A stretch of 64,000 nucleotides of DNA from Rhodothermales bacterium (GCA_039944855.1 JBDUXZ010000005.1:500676-564675), one strand, 5' to 3'. Shown: positions 10,531 through 19,596, numbered from the stretch's first letter. Notes: generated by a model from the letters alone, not told the origin. Numbers and translations: made by a program.

Positions 10531-13191
10531 CTACGGATCGGAACGCTTCAGCACGGCCCACGGCAGCGGTGTCGCCCCGGCGTCGAGCGTCGCCGCAGGC
10601 CCGACCCTCGCGCCGGTCAGCCATTCCGTCCACGTCCAGCCCGCCCACGCATCTGGCAGGGGAATCGTAGCGGGGCCAGCATCGGCGAAGGTGGCGGGGA
10701 AGCGGGGGACGAGCACGACGAGCGCGTCGTCTTCCGTCTCGCGGGCGTAGGCGATCCAGTGCTCGGCGCCCTCACCCTCGGGTTCGAGCGCGCGGTAGTC
10801 GCCGGCGAACAAATCAGGGTGTGCACGGCGGAGGCGGAGGAGGCGCGCGGTGACGAAGAGCTTGACGCGCTCGTCCTGCCCGTCCACGAGGTCTCGGAGC
10901 GCGTCGGCCCCGACGGATCGGGCCAGGCTGTCGGGCGAGGCGAGCGTGTCGGCGAACGTGTCGAGGAGGGCGGCGCGGTGGTCGTAGTCGACGGGCCGGC
11001 GGTTGTCGGGGTCCACGAGCGAGAGGTCGAGGAGCTCGGTGCCTTGGTAGAAATCGGGGACGCCGGGCGTCGTCAGCTTGAGGACGGTCTGGCTGAGGGT
11101 GTGGAAGAAGCCGAGGCGGGCGAGCTCGGCGGCGAAGGCGTCGAGCGCGTCGGACGTCCGCTCGTCGGTGGTGACGCCGCGCACGAAGGCGTCGAGGTCG
11201 GCCTCGTACGGCTCGTTCGGGTTGATCCAGCTCGTGCGGAGCTTGCTCTCGCGGGCGGCTTTCTGGAGGTAGTCGGCGAGGCGGTCGGCGAGCGTCGCGT
11301 GGTCGGCGCCGTGCCAGAGCGCGGCGAGGGTCTGGAAGAAGAGGTAGGCGTGCGTCGGCAGCGGGCCGTGCTCGCCCCGGTATCGCTGCCCGATGTCGTC
11401 GAGGACGGCGAGCGTCTCGTCCCAACGGTCGGAGACTTCGGCGAGGGCGACGAGCCGCATCCGCGTGTCCTCGCCGCGCTTGTGGTCGTGCGTGGCCGTG
11501 GCGATCAGGCCGTCGGGGTAGCGGAGGGCGCGGAAGCGGGCGTGGGCGTGGAACGCCTCGGGCGCGAGGGCGAACTCGGCGGGCTCGCCGCCGACCTCGT
11601 TGAGCCCCGTCAGCCGGTGGTAGCGGTAGAACGCCGTGTCCTCGACGCCCTTCGCCATGACGGGCGCCGTGTACTGCTGGAACCGGCCGACCCAGCCGCG
11701 CTGCGCAGCCCGCAGGTCGTCCCGGACTTCGCCGAGGGCGACGCGGGCGATGAAGTCGTAGACCGTGGACTCGGAAGCGGGGTTGCGTTGCTTGGCGCGG
11801 TGGATGGCCCGTTCGATAACGGCGCGGGCGTCTTCCTCGTCGTAGTCGGGGAGGTAGGTTCGGTACCGGTCCACGGCGGCGACGGTCTCGGCGAGGGCCT
11901 CGCGGAGTGCTTCGAGCGTGAAGTCCCGCGTGTGGTAGTCGGCCTCGGAGAGCCGGTCGAGCTCATAGGCGAGGCGGAAGAGCTCGCTGGAGAGGCTCGT
12001 CTCCATCACGAGGACTTTGCTTCGGTGCACCTCGCGGTCCCACGGCCGGCGCTCGGGCGCGAACCGTCGCCACGTTCGGTCGAGCGGGCGTTCGGCGTCG
12101 GGGCGGAGGAGGAGGTGCAGCACGTCGTTCATGAACCCGTAGCCCGTCGTCCCGGCGACGGGCCAGTCCTCGGGGAGGGTTTCGCCGTGGGCGAGGATCT
12201 TCTCGACCCAGACCTGCGACGCGCCGAGCTCGCGGAGGTGAGCGAGGTAGCCGTGGGGGTCGAAGAGCCCGTCGATGTGGTCGATCCGTACGCCGGCAAC
12301 GGCCTCGTGCGTGAGCAATTCGCCGAGGAGGCGGTGGGCCTCCCAGAACACGTCGTCGTCCTCCATCCGCAGCCCGACGAGTTCGTTGATGTCGAAGAAG
12401 CGGCGGTAGTTGATCTCGTAGCCGGCCGTCCGCCAGTGCGAGAGCCGCCAGCACTGCCGCTCCAGCAGGTCGTGGAGCTCGCCGGGGGCGAAGGCCTCGT
12501 CCCAGTCGGTGAGGTCGATGCGCTCGGCGAGGGCGGCGAGGCGGAGGCGGAGGGCCTCGGCCTTCTCGCGCTCGGCGGGTTCGAGCCCGTCGTAGGCGTC
12601 GAGGAGGTCTTTGAGGTCCCAGTAGTCCTCGGTCCGCTCGAAGCGGGGGAGCGCGGCGGCGAGGAGCGTGGCGTACGTCGCGGGGCTGAGGGCGAAGCGG
12701 TTGTCGTAGTACGTCGCGTAGAACCGGCCGTCGTCGTAGCCCAGCCCCAGCTCGCCCGCGTCGAGGGCCTCGCCGTACGGTCCCCCGAGGAACGGGAGGT
12801 GGACTTTCCCGCGCAGCTCCGGCTTGAGCGGGCGCCAGTCGACGTCGAAGGTGCGGGCGTGGGGCGAATGGGGGCCGTAGGCGAGGACGTCCTGCCACGC
12901 CGCGTTCCGCGTCCCGACGCCCGCGTGGTTCGGGACCCAGTCGAGGATGACGCCCAGCCCGCGCTCGGCCGCCGCGTCGAGCAGGCGGTCGAGCCCGTCG
13001 CGCCCGCCGTACGCCGCGCGCACCTCGTTGTGGTCGACGACGTCGTAGCCGTGCGTGCTCCCCTCGCGCGCCTCGGTGACGGGGGAGAGGTAGAGGTGGC
13101 TGACGCCGAGGCGTTCGAGGTAGGGCAGGAGCGCCTCGGCCTCGGCGAAGCCGAAGTCGGGCTGAAGCTGGAGTCGGTAACTAGCGGTCAC
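10531..13191 (-). CDS. treY: malto-oligosyltrehalose synthase
   Basis: 886 aa with (V)TASYRLQLQPDFGF, LGVSHLYLSP and GVRIDHIDGL. GTG start at 13191. Confidence 0.92.
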   Translation of the reverse strand: MTASYRLQLQPDFGFAEAEALLPYLERLGVSHLYLSPVTEAREGSTHGYDVVDHNEVRAAYGGRDGLDRLLDAAAERGLGVILDWVPNHAGVGTRNAAWQDVLAYGPHSPHARTFDVDWRPLKPELRGKVHLPFLGGPYGEALDAGELGLGYDDGRFYATYYDNRFALSPATYATLLAAALPRFERTEDYWDLKDLLDAYDGLEPAEREKAEALRLRLAALAERIDLTDWDEAFAPGELHDLLERQCWRLSHWRTAGYEINYRRFFDINELVGLRMEDDDVFWEAHRLLGELLTHEAVAGVRIDHIDGLFDPHGYLAHLRELGASQVWVEKILAHGETLPEDWPVAGTTGYGFMNDVLHLLLRPDAERPLDRTWRRFAPERRPWDREVHRSKVLVMETSLSSELFRLAYELDRLSEADYHTRDFTLEALREALAETVAAVDRYRTYLPDYDEEDARAVIERAIHRAKQRNPASESTVYDFIARVALGEVRDDLRAAQRGWVGRFQQYTAPVMAKGVEDTAFYRYHRLTGLNEVGGEPAEFALAPEAFHAHARFRALRYPDGLIATATHDHKRGEDTRMRLVALAEVSDRWDETLAVLDDIGQRYRGEHGPLPTHAYLFFQTLAALWHGADHATLADRLADYLQKAARESKLRTSWINPNEPYEADLDAFVRGVTTDERTSDALDAFAAELARLGFFHTLSQTVLKLTTPGVPDFYQGTELLDLSLVDPDNRRPVDYDHRAALLDTFADTLASPDSLARSVGADALRDLVDGQDERVKLFVTARLLRLRRAHPDLFAGDYRALEPEGEGAEHWIAYARETEDDALVVLVPRFPATFADAGPATIPLPDAWAGWTWTEWLTGARVGPAATLDAGATPLPWAVLKRSDP

Positions 13192-13261
13192 GGAAGAGAG
13201 GGTGAGAGGAGGGAGCGGACCCCCCGCCGCGCTCGCACCTGCTCCGCAGGAGGCTTCGCGC

Positions 13262-13346
13262 GGCTGTCCCCCTTGAAGGGGGACAGCTTTTCGGTCCTGG
13301 AGCGGAGGGACGTGTCCCGGAGCGATGGATCGGAAAGCAGGGGGTC
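13262..13346. repeat. interspersed intergenic repeat, copy A (GGCTGTCCCCCTTGAAGGGGGACAGCTTTT... family)
   Basis: Near-identical to 32043..32112. It has a 12-bp-stem palindrome at 13263..13287 followed by TTTT on the + strand. Copy A carries an extra ~17-nt segment containing the palindrome GGGACGTGTCCC. It lies between the treZ stop and the treY start and touches the treZ stop codon. Confidence 0.85.
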
Positions 13347-15105
13347 AGGTGCGGACGAGCACCGCGCCGGGGCGGGTGAACCGGAGCGTGCCGTCGGCCA
13401 CCTCCGGCGGGAGCGGGTCGGCAGCGAACTCGTGCTGCTCGGTGTGGAGGACGACGGCGCCGTCCGGCAGCGGGAGCGCGACGTCGTCGGCGAAGGAGAG
13501 CAGAAGGTGGTACGCGCCACGGCGGACGTGGAGCCCGCGCTCGCCGTGGGCTTCGGCTTCGACGCCGTCGGGGAGGTCGCGGCGGAGGGCGAGGAGGGCG
13601 TGGTAGAGCGCGAGGGTGTGGGCGTGGCCCGGCGCCTCGCGCTCATCCCAATCGAGCCGGCTCCGCTCGAACGTCGATGCGTCCTGCGGGTCGGGCACGG
13701 CGCCGCCGAAGCCGGGGAAGTCCTCGAACTCCGACCTCCTCCCCGCGCTCACGAGCGGGCCGAGCTCGGCGTTGTGATCGGTGAAGAACTGGAACGGCGC
13801 GGTGGCGGCCCACTCCTGTCCCATGAAGAGGAGCGGCAGCTCGGGCGCGAAGAGGAGGAGCGCGCTCGCCGCCCGGTACGCCGCCGGCTCGACGGAGTCC
13901 GGGAGCCGGTCGCCCGCCGGGCGGTTGCCGATCTGGTCGTGGTTCTGGATGCAGACGACGCACTGCGCGGGGCGGATCGGGTCGGCGCTCGTGCCGCGCG
14001 GCTTCGCGGTGGTTTTGCTCGGGCGGCCGTCGTAGAACCACCCGCGCTCGACGGTCTCGGCGATGTCGGCCGTCGTCGCGTCGGCGAAGTCGGCGTAATA
14101 GCCCTCGGTGTCCCCGGCGACGATGTTACGGACGAGGTGGTGGAGGTCGTCGGCCCAGACGGCGTCGAGCCCGAAGCCGTCTGGGCGCGGGAGGAGGAGC
14201 GTGTTCAGGTTCCGGTGGTCCTCGGCGACGAGCACGCGGCGCGGGCCGGGGAGCGCGGCGACGGCTTCGCTCAGCTCGGCGAGGAGGTGCGGCTCGCTGT
14301 CGTCGACGAGTGCGTGCGTGGCGTCGAGGCGGAGGCCGTCGAGGTGGTACTCGCGGAGCCAGTAGAGCGCGTTGTCGAGGATGAGGTCGCGGACGCCGCG
14401 GCTGCCGTCGTCGTCGAGGTTGATGGCGTCGCCCCACGGCGTGCGGTGCTTGTCGGTGAAGACGGGGCCGAAGGCGGCGAGATACGCGCCGTCGGGGCCG
14501 AGGTGGTTGTAGACGGCATCGAGGAAGACGGCGAGGCCGAGGCCGTGGGCGCGGTCGACGAGCGCGCGGAGGTCGTCGGGCGTGCCGTAGGCTCGGCTCG
14601 GGGCGTAGAGCGCGGCGCCGTCGTAGCCCCAGTTCCACCGGCCGGGGAAGTCGGCGACGGGCATCAACTCGACGGCCGTCACGCCGAGGTCGCGGAGATA
14701 CTCCAGCCGCTCGGTCGCGGCGCAGAACGTCCCCTCCGGCGTGAAGGTGCCGACGTGCAGCTCGTAAAAGACGAGGTCGCGCTGCGCCACGCCGCCCCAG
14801 GCCGCATCGCCCCACGAGAACGCCTCGGGGTTTACGACTTCGGACGGCCCGTGCACGCCCTCGGGCTGGAACCGCGAGGCCGGGTCGGGGAGCGGGTCGC
14901 CGTCGTCGAGCCGAACGCGATAGCGCTGGCCGGCGCTGACGCTGTCGACGACGTGCTCGAAGTAGCCGCCGCTCACGGGGTCGAGCGGGACCGCACGGTT
15001 TTCGGGTTCGAGGACGAGCGTGACGTGTTCGGCGGCGGGGGCCCACACGCGGAAGCGGGTGCCGTCGCCTTCGGGCAGCGCGCCGAGGCGGAGGGGGGCG
15101 TTCAT
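13345..15105 (-). CDS. treZ: malto-oligosyltrehalose trehalohydrolase
   Basis: 587 codons from ATG 15105 ([23 protein letters not shown]), with AVELMPVADFPGRWNWGYDG, FLDAVYNHLGPDG and GLRLDATHAL. The track's longer ORF to 15720 is an Arg/Pro-rich read-through into malQ. Confidence 0.92.
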   Translation of the reverse strand: MNAPLRLGALPEGDGTRFRVWAPAAEHVTLVLEPENRAVPLDPVSGGYFEHVVDSVSAGQRYRVRLDDGDPLPDPASRFQPEGVHGPSEVVNPEAFSWGDAAWGGVAQRDLVFYELHVGTFTPEGTFCAATERLEYLRDLGVTAVELMPVADFPGRWNWGYDGAALYAPSRAYGTPDDLRALVDRAHGLGLAVFLDAVYNHLGPDGAYLAAFGPVFTDKHRTPWGDAINLDDDGSRGVRDLILDNALYWLREYHLDGLRLDATHALVDDSEPHLLAELSEAVAALPGPRRVLVAEDHRNLNTLLLPRPDGFGLDAVWADDLHHLVRNIVAGDTEGYYADFADATTADIAETVERGWFYDGRPSKTTAKPRGTSADPIRPAQCVVCIQNHDQIGNRPAGDRLPDSVEPAAYRAASALLLFAPELPLLFMGQEWAATAPFQFFTDHNAELGPLVSAGRRSEFEDFPGFGGAVPDPQDASTFERSRLDWDEREAPGHAHTLALYHALLALRRDLPDGVEAEAHGERGLHVRRGAYHLLLSFADDVALPLPDGAVVLHTEQHEFAADPLPPEVADGTLRFTRPGAVLVRT

Positions 15106-16664
15106 GACGGAGAGGTGGCGGAGAGAGAGGTCGGCGCGGCGTCCGCTTTCGCGTCGTCGCCGGGCAGAGGAGAGGAGGCAGATGCACGCCCGTAGGTCTC
15201 GGTGAGGTCCCGGAGGCGCGTGATCGTCTCGTCGTCCACGGCGTCCCACGCGAAGCGCCACGCCCAGTTGCCGTCCTCGCGGCCGGGCACGTTCATCCGG
15301 GCCTCGCCGCCCAGCCCGAGCACGTCCTGCACCGGGAAGACGGCGCGCTCCACGACCGACGCCATCACGGCGCGGACGGCGGCCCAGTGGATCGGCTCGC
15401 TGGACCAGTCGAGCCCGAGGTAGCGGCGGGCGAAGGCACGGTCCGCGTCCGCCAGCCCGTCCCACCAGCCGACGACGGTGTCGTTGTCGTGCGTGCCTGT
15501 GTACCCGGCGAGCGCGCGCTGGTAGTGGTGGGGGAGGTACTCGCTCTCCGGGTCGCCGAACGCGAACTGGAGCACGACCATCCCCGGCAGGTCGAACTCC
15601 GCCATGAGCGCGCGGACGGAGGGCGTGATGAGGCCGAGGTCCTCGGCGACGAGGGGGAGCGGCGTTCCGATCTCGCGCTCGAACGCGCGGAAGAGGTCGG
15701 CGCCGGGGCCGTCGACCCACTGCCCGTTAACGGCGGTCTTCTCGTCGGCGGGGATGGCCCAGAAGGCTTCGAAGCCGCGGAAGTGGTCGAGGCGGACGAG
15801 GTCCACGAGGGCGAGGGCGCGGGCGAGCCGGGCGGTCCACCACGCGTAGCCGTGCGCCCGCATCCGGTCCCAGCGGTAGAGCGGGTTGCCCCAGCGCTGG
15901 CCCGTCGCGCTGAAGTAATCGGGCGGGACGCCGGCGACGGCCGTCGGCAGCCCGTCGGGGTCGAGGTGGAAGAGGTGCGGCGAGGCCCACACGTCGGCGC
16001 TGTCGTGAGCGACGTAGATCGGGAGGTCGCCGAAGACCTGCACGCCGCGCTCGCGTGCGTGAGCGCGGAGGGCCTCCCACTGCTCGGCAAAGACGAACTG
16101 CGCGAAGCGGTGCTGCTCGATGGCGTCGGCGTGTTCGGCGCGGGCGGCGTCGAGCGCGTCGGCGTTGCGTCGGGCGAGCGGGGCCGGCCAGTCGGTCCAC
16201 GCTACGTCGTCGTGATGAGCCTTGAGCGCCGTGAAGAGGGCGTAGTCGTCGAGCCAGTGGGCCTCGCGGGCGCAGAACGCGCGGTAGTCGGCGGAGAATC
16301 CCACCTGCCGGGCGCGCTCGAACGCTCGTCTGAGTAGGGCCGCCTTGAACGGGATCACCCGGTCGAAGTCGACGTGGTCCGTGGGGAAGTCCGGCGCGTC
16401 TTCGAGCTCGTCCGGCTCCAGCCAGCCCGCGTCGGCCAGGCGTTCGGGGCTGATGAGGAGCGGGTTGCCCGCGAACGTCGAGGGGCTGGCGTAGGGCGAG
16501 TGCCCGTGGCCGACGGGCGTCAGCGGGAGCACTTGCCAAACGGTCTGCCCGGCCTCGGCGAGCGTGTCGATGAAGCGGACGGCGCCGGGTCCGAAATCGC
16601 CGATCCCGAAGGGGCTGGGTAGCGAGGTGACGTGGAGCAGGAGGCCGCTGGAACGGGAGGCCAT
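15102..16664 (-). CDS. malQ: 4-alpha-glucanotransferase (amylomaltase)
   Basis: From ATG 16664: [42 protein letters not shown]. Its stop overlaps the treZ start (ATGA at 15102..15105). Confidence 0.92.
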   Translation of the reverse strand: MASRSSGLLLHVTSLPSPFGIGDFGPGAVRFIDTLAEAGQTVWQVLPLTPVGHGHSPYASPSTFAGNPLLISPERLADAGWLEPDELEDAPDFPTDHVDFDRVIPFKAALLRRAFERARQVGFSADYRAFCAREAHWLDDYALFTALKAHHDDVAWTDWPAPLARRNADALDAARAEHADAIEQHRFAQFVFAEQWEALRAHARERGVQVFGDLPIYVAHDSADVWASPHLFHLDPDGLPTAVAGVPPDYFSATGQRWGNPLYRWDRMRAHGYAWWTARLARALALVDLVRLDHFRGFEAFWAIPADEKTAVNGQWVDGPGADLFRAFEREIGTPLPLVAEDLGLITPSVRALMAEFDLPGMVVLQFAFGDPESEYLPHHYQRALAGYTGTHDNDTVVGWWDGLADADRAFARRYLGLDWSSEPIHWAAVRAVMASVVERAVFPVQDVLGLGGEARMNVPGREDGNWAWRFAWDAVDDETITRLRDLTETYGRASASSPLPGDDAKADAAPTSLSATSPS

Positions 16665-16835
16665 GCGCGAAGGAGGAGAGGGGAGGGAGGAGAGCCGGGA
16701 CCGTCGGCGGGAGGGGTCCGAGGATACGGACGATCCACTCTGTCTCAGGGATCCGTCCGGCGTTCTCACGCAGCATTCGCGCAGACCGACCGCCGTATTC
16801 TACGCCGCAACTCTTCCTCATCGACCGCGCCTCTC

Positions 16836-17780
16836 ATGGACCTGACCGGCATCCACCATCTCACCGCCGTCTCCGCCGACATCCGGGCGAACTACCGCTT
16901 CTACACCGACGTGATGGGGATGCGTCTCGTGAAGCGCAGCGTCAACCAGGACGACGTCAGCGCCTATCACCTGTTCTATTCCGACGCCGTCGGCAGCCCC
17001 GGCAACGATCTCACGTTCTTCGACTGGGACGTGCCCCGCGAGCGACGCGGCACCCGGAGCATCACGCGCACCCACCTCCGCGTGCACGGTCGCGAAGCGC
17101 TCGATTGGTGGCGCGACCGATTAGTCGAGCACGGCGTCGTCGCTGGCGAGATCGCCGAGCGGGACGGTCGCTGCGTGGTCGACTTCGAGGACCCCGAGGG
17201 CCAGCGCCTCGCCCTCGTCGACGACGGGGGGCAGGGCGACGCGACTCACCCGTGGGAGCGGAGCCCCGTCCCGGCCGATTACCAGATCCGCGGCCTCGGT
17301 CCTATCGTGATGAGCGTGCCGGCACTCCCGCCCACGGAGCGCGTGCTGACGCATGTGATGAACATGCGCGCGGCCCGGACCTTCGAGCACGACGGCCGCA
17401 CCGTCCACGTCTTCGAGATGGGCGCGGGCGGCCCCCACGCCGAGCTACACGTGGTCGTCGAGCCGGACGCGCCCGCCGCGCGGCCGGGCGCTGGCGGCGT
17501 CCACCACGTCGCGTTCCGCACGCCGAACGAGGCCGAGTACCACGCGTGGGCCGAGCGGCTGCGCACCCTCGGCGTCCCCAACAGCGGCGAGGTGGACCGG
17601 TACTACTTCCGAAGTCTCTACTTCCGCGAGCCCGGCGGCGTCCTCTTCGAGATCGCCACGGACGGCCCCGGCTTCGCCGTGGACGAGGACCCGGCCACGC
17701 TGGGAGAGCAGGTCGTGCTGCCGCCGTTTTTGGAGCCGCGTCGCGCAGAGATTGTCGCCAACCTCAAGCCGATTGACTGA
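16836..17780 (+). CDS. VOC/glyoxalase-family ring-cleaving dioxygenase
   Basis: From ATG 16836: [40 protein letters not shown]... and a second module with HHVAFRTP. The two-domain VOC layout is present. Confidence 0.8.
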   Translation: MDLTGIHHLTAVSADIRANYRFYTDVMGMRLVKRSVNQDDVSAYHLFYSDAVGSPGNDLTFFDWDVPRERRGTRSITRTHLRVHGREALDWWRDRLVEHGVVAGEIAERDGRCVVDFEDPEGQRLALVDDGGQGDATHPWERSPVPADYQIRGLGPIVMSVPALPPTERVLTHVMNMRAARTFEHDGRTVHVFEMGAGGPHAELHVVVEPDAPAARPGAGGVHHVAFRTPNEAEYHAWAERLRTLGVPNSGEVDRYYFRSLYFREPGGVLFEIATDGPGFAVDEDPATLGEQVVLPPFLEPRRAEIVANLKPID

Positions 17781-17808
17781 ACGAAAAAGGTTGACTGAAC
17801 GAAAAAGG
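17773..17808. repeat. perfect 18-bp tandem duplication (TTGACTGAACGAAAAAGG x2)
   Basis: Read directly from the sequence. The first unit contains the dioxygenase TGA stop (17778..17780). On the minus strand, both units supply T-runs after the ssrA terminator hairpin. Confidence 0.9.
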
Positions 17809-17838
17809 GCGCCCCGCCAGCGAATGACAGGGCGCCCT
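17803..17838 (-). terminator. intrinsic terminator of ssrA
   Basis: The minus strand reads GGGCGCC-(17 nt)-GGCGCCC followed by TTTTTCG, starting 7 nt after the tmRNA 3' end. Confidence 0.6.
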
Positions 17839-17844
17839 CAGGTG

Positions 17845-18215
17845 TGGAGATGCCGGGAGTCGAACCCGGGTCCGAAGCGAGCTACAGTCCAAGCGTCTAC
17901 ATGTGTAGTCCGCGTATTCGAGGTCTTTGCTCGTGCGGCGATGCCCACGAACAGGGCTTCCGCGCGAGCGCAGGCTGATTGAGTTTCGCTGCTACGGCTC
18001 AGCCGGAGCCTTGGCAGCTAGCTTATCTAAGTCGATGCCTGCAAGAAGGTCCAATAAGCGAGCCCTTCAGGAGACAGCTGGGGGCTTTACGCCGCCAGCG
18101 CGTACGAGTAATCGTTCGCAGTTGTTGGTTTTCTCAGCGAAGGTTACGGGCGTGCTGAGAACCACCCGACACGCAGCCTGCCGCACGATCGCTCCGTCGA
18201 ATCCAAAACATCCCC
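17845..18215 (-). ncRNA. ssrA: tmRNA
   Basis: The minus strand begins GGGGATGTTTTGGATTCGACGG and ends ...CCGGGTTCGACTCCCGGCATCTCCA (tRNA-like T-arm and acceptor). The internal tag frame GCG AAC GAT TAC TCG TAC GCG CTG GCG GCG TAA encodes ANDYSYALAA*. Length is about 371 nt. CCA is not encoded. Confidence 0.92.
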
Positions 18216-18300
18216 AATTGTAAAAGAACGTCCGCTCAGAGAAGTCGCGCACCGTGGTGAGCCCTTTCCGAACGACGCACACTAAACCCGTGGCCTCTCG

Positions 18301-18825
18301 TCAGGTTCCGTCCAGATCCTCTTCGTCGCGCTCACGAGGCGTCCCGATGGGGTAGAGCCCCTGCGCTTCGAACGCCTCGTTTAATTCTGGCAGGAGCGCC
18401 TGGCGCAGCCCGCTGCTGAGGTAGGGAATCTTCGAGCGGCCTCCCGTGAAATACCGGCGGACCGGATGGAAGAGCACGCGGACGTGGTGATCTCCGATGG
18501 GAACGACGTCGAGTGAAACGAGCACGCGGTACAAACCCCAGTCACTGAGTTGGCGGCCCTCGGTGGAGACAGCGTTGGGGGAGGCGGGAGGCGCTTCGTC
18601 CCAGCCCGCCTCGGCGAGGGCCATCCGGATCCGCTCGTAGACGTCGTCCTGCTCCGTCGTCGTTTCCGCTTCGAGGCTCGCGCGCTCCGCGAGGGACAGG
18701 TCGGTCAATGGCTCGACGTCGAAGTCGCGGTAGAGCGGGGAGAACGAAGGGGCGCAACCGGCACTTACGAAAAGCCCGAAGAGGCACCCGCAGAGACAGA
18801 AGAAGAGGCGAAACCGATGGAGCAT
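18301..18825 (-). CDS. hypothetical lipoprotein
   Basis: N-terminus MLHRFRLFFCLCGCLFGLFVSAGC has a signal peptide plus a lipobox-like SAGC. There is no other recognisable motif. It lies in a lower-GC patch. Confidence 0.65.
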   Translation of the reverse strand: MLHRFRLFFCLCGCLFGLFVSAGCAPSFSPLYRDFDVEPLTDLSLAERASLEAETTTEQDDVYERIRMALAEAGWDEAPPASPNAVSTEGRQLSDWGLYRVLVSLDVVPIGDHHVRVLFHPVRRYFTGGRSKIPYLSSGLRQALLPELNEAFEAQGLYPIGTPRERDEEDLDGT

Positions 18826-18893
18826 GGCTCAGAGGAAAGCGCGACGGACTCTGAGTATACACAGCCTGCGGAGGCGCGACGGGGCAAAAAAGC

Positions 18894-18943
18894 GCCACAA
18901 AAAAAGCCGGACGAACGCGCTCACCCAAACGCGTTCGCCCGGC
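18894..18943 (-). terminator. intrinsic terminator on the minus strand, about 70 nt upstream of the lipoprotein start
   Basis: The minus strand reads GCCGGGCGAACGCGT-ttgggtgag-CGCGTTCGTCCGGC followed by TTTTTTTG. A second T-run (GCGCTTTTTTGCCCC) follows. Confidence 0.6.
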
Positions 18944-19396
18944 GCGGAGGCTAGCATCCGTGATGCGCAGTGCGTCGTGCACTGGATGCACCTTCGCTCG
19001 AGCAAGCTTCGGCAAAGGAGGCATTATCCGAAGCCTTCTCTGTTTCTCTATCAATGGGTATGCCAAACCGCTAGCGGCGCCGTCTGCCGGGCAGGCGGGG
19101 GGAGAGAAAGAGAGGAGTGTGCGGTATTCTGCACATGGCTGTACACAGGGGGGACGGGCATCGGCGCATGCCCTGATTAATCGAACTCCATCTGCGTGAC
19201 TGAACTCCGTCCGTGGGACCGGCCGTGCTGCCTCTGAGAGAGGGCTCTCAGAGAGGTGAAGAGCGAGTTAATCGGATCGCGTAGGCCGAACCTCTTGGGG
19301 CGAGCCCCGTGTCAGCGTCCGCGTTGGCATTTGGAAGACCCTCCGCCGATGCGTACCTTTACCGGCTCCCGTTCCACCATCCTGACCCCCGACTCT

Positions 19397-19492
19397 ATGC
19401 CGTGCGGCCGTAAGCGCAAGCGCCACAAGATCGCCACCCACAAGCGGAAGAAGCGGCTTCGTAAGAACCGCCACAAGAAGAAGAGCCGGTAG
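19397..19492 (+). CDS. 31-aa Lys/Arg-rich micro-protein, bS22-like (AURKAIP1/COX24-type small ribosome-associated peptide)
   Basis: MPCGRKRKRHKIATHKRKKRLRKNRHKKKSR*. It matches, from memory, the conserved MPSGKKRKRHKMATHKRKKRLRKNRHK peptides of Bacteroidota. A terminator follows. It is hidden inside the longer track ORF 19256..19492. Confidence 0.65.
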   Translation: MPCGRKRKRHKIATHKRKKRLRKNRHKKKSR

Positions 19493-19563
19493 ATCCGACC
19501 GGCGCCCGCCGCGCCGTGCGTCCTTTGCTGGGCGCATCTTCTAGGGTGTACCCTCGCAAAGAA

Positions 19564-19596
19564 GCTGCGTCCGGCTGGCCGGAAGCGGCTTTTTTG
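19564..19596 (+). terminator. intrinsic terminator after the micro-ORF
   Basis: GCTGCGTCCGGC-tg-GCCGGAAGCGGC (imperfect 12-bp stem) followed by TTTTTTG. Confidence 0.55.

Noticed and set aside
5869-15195. Very long ORFs 5869..9972 (+), 8234..10648 (-), 10525..15195 (+), and similarly 58100..60940 (-), 42318..44051 (-) and 28668..30197 (-)
   Set aside because: Each runs opposite or out of frame to a gene with strong family motifs. The translations are dominated by R/A/G/P/E/V with no motifs. They are artefacts of stop-codon scarcity in GC-rich DNA.
17781-18300. Genomic island integrated at the tmRNA gene
   Set aside because: There is no integrase, no duplicated ssrA 3' end and no phage-like genes. 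The flanks are an ordinary dioxygenase gene and a lipoprotein gene.
18216-18300. TACAATTG just upstream of the tmRNA 5' end as a Bacteroidota -7 promoter box
   Set aside because: The box abuts the mature 5' GGGG, leaving no room for a start site and leader. This is too speculative to report as a feature.
18950-19250. TPP-riboswitch-like fragments (CTGAGA ... GGATAATGCC) and an RNase P CR-V-like ACAGAGAAGGCTT on the minus strand
   Set aside because: The two TPP-like words are about 220 nt apart and lack the ACCTGA context. No GAGGAAAGTCC (CR-I) is present on either strand, so neither RNA family is supported.
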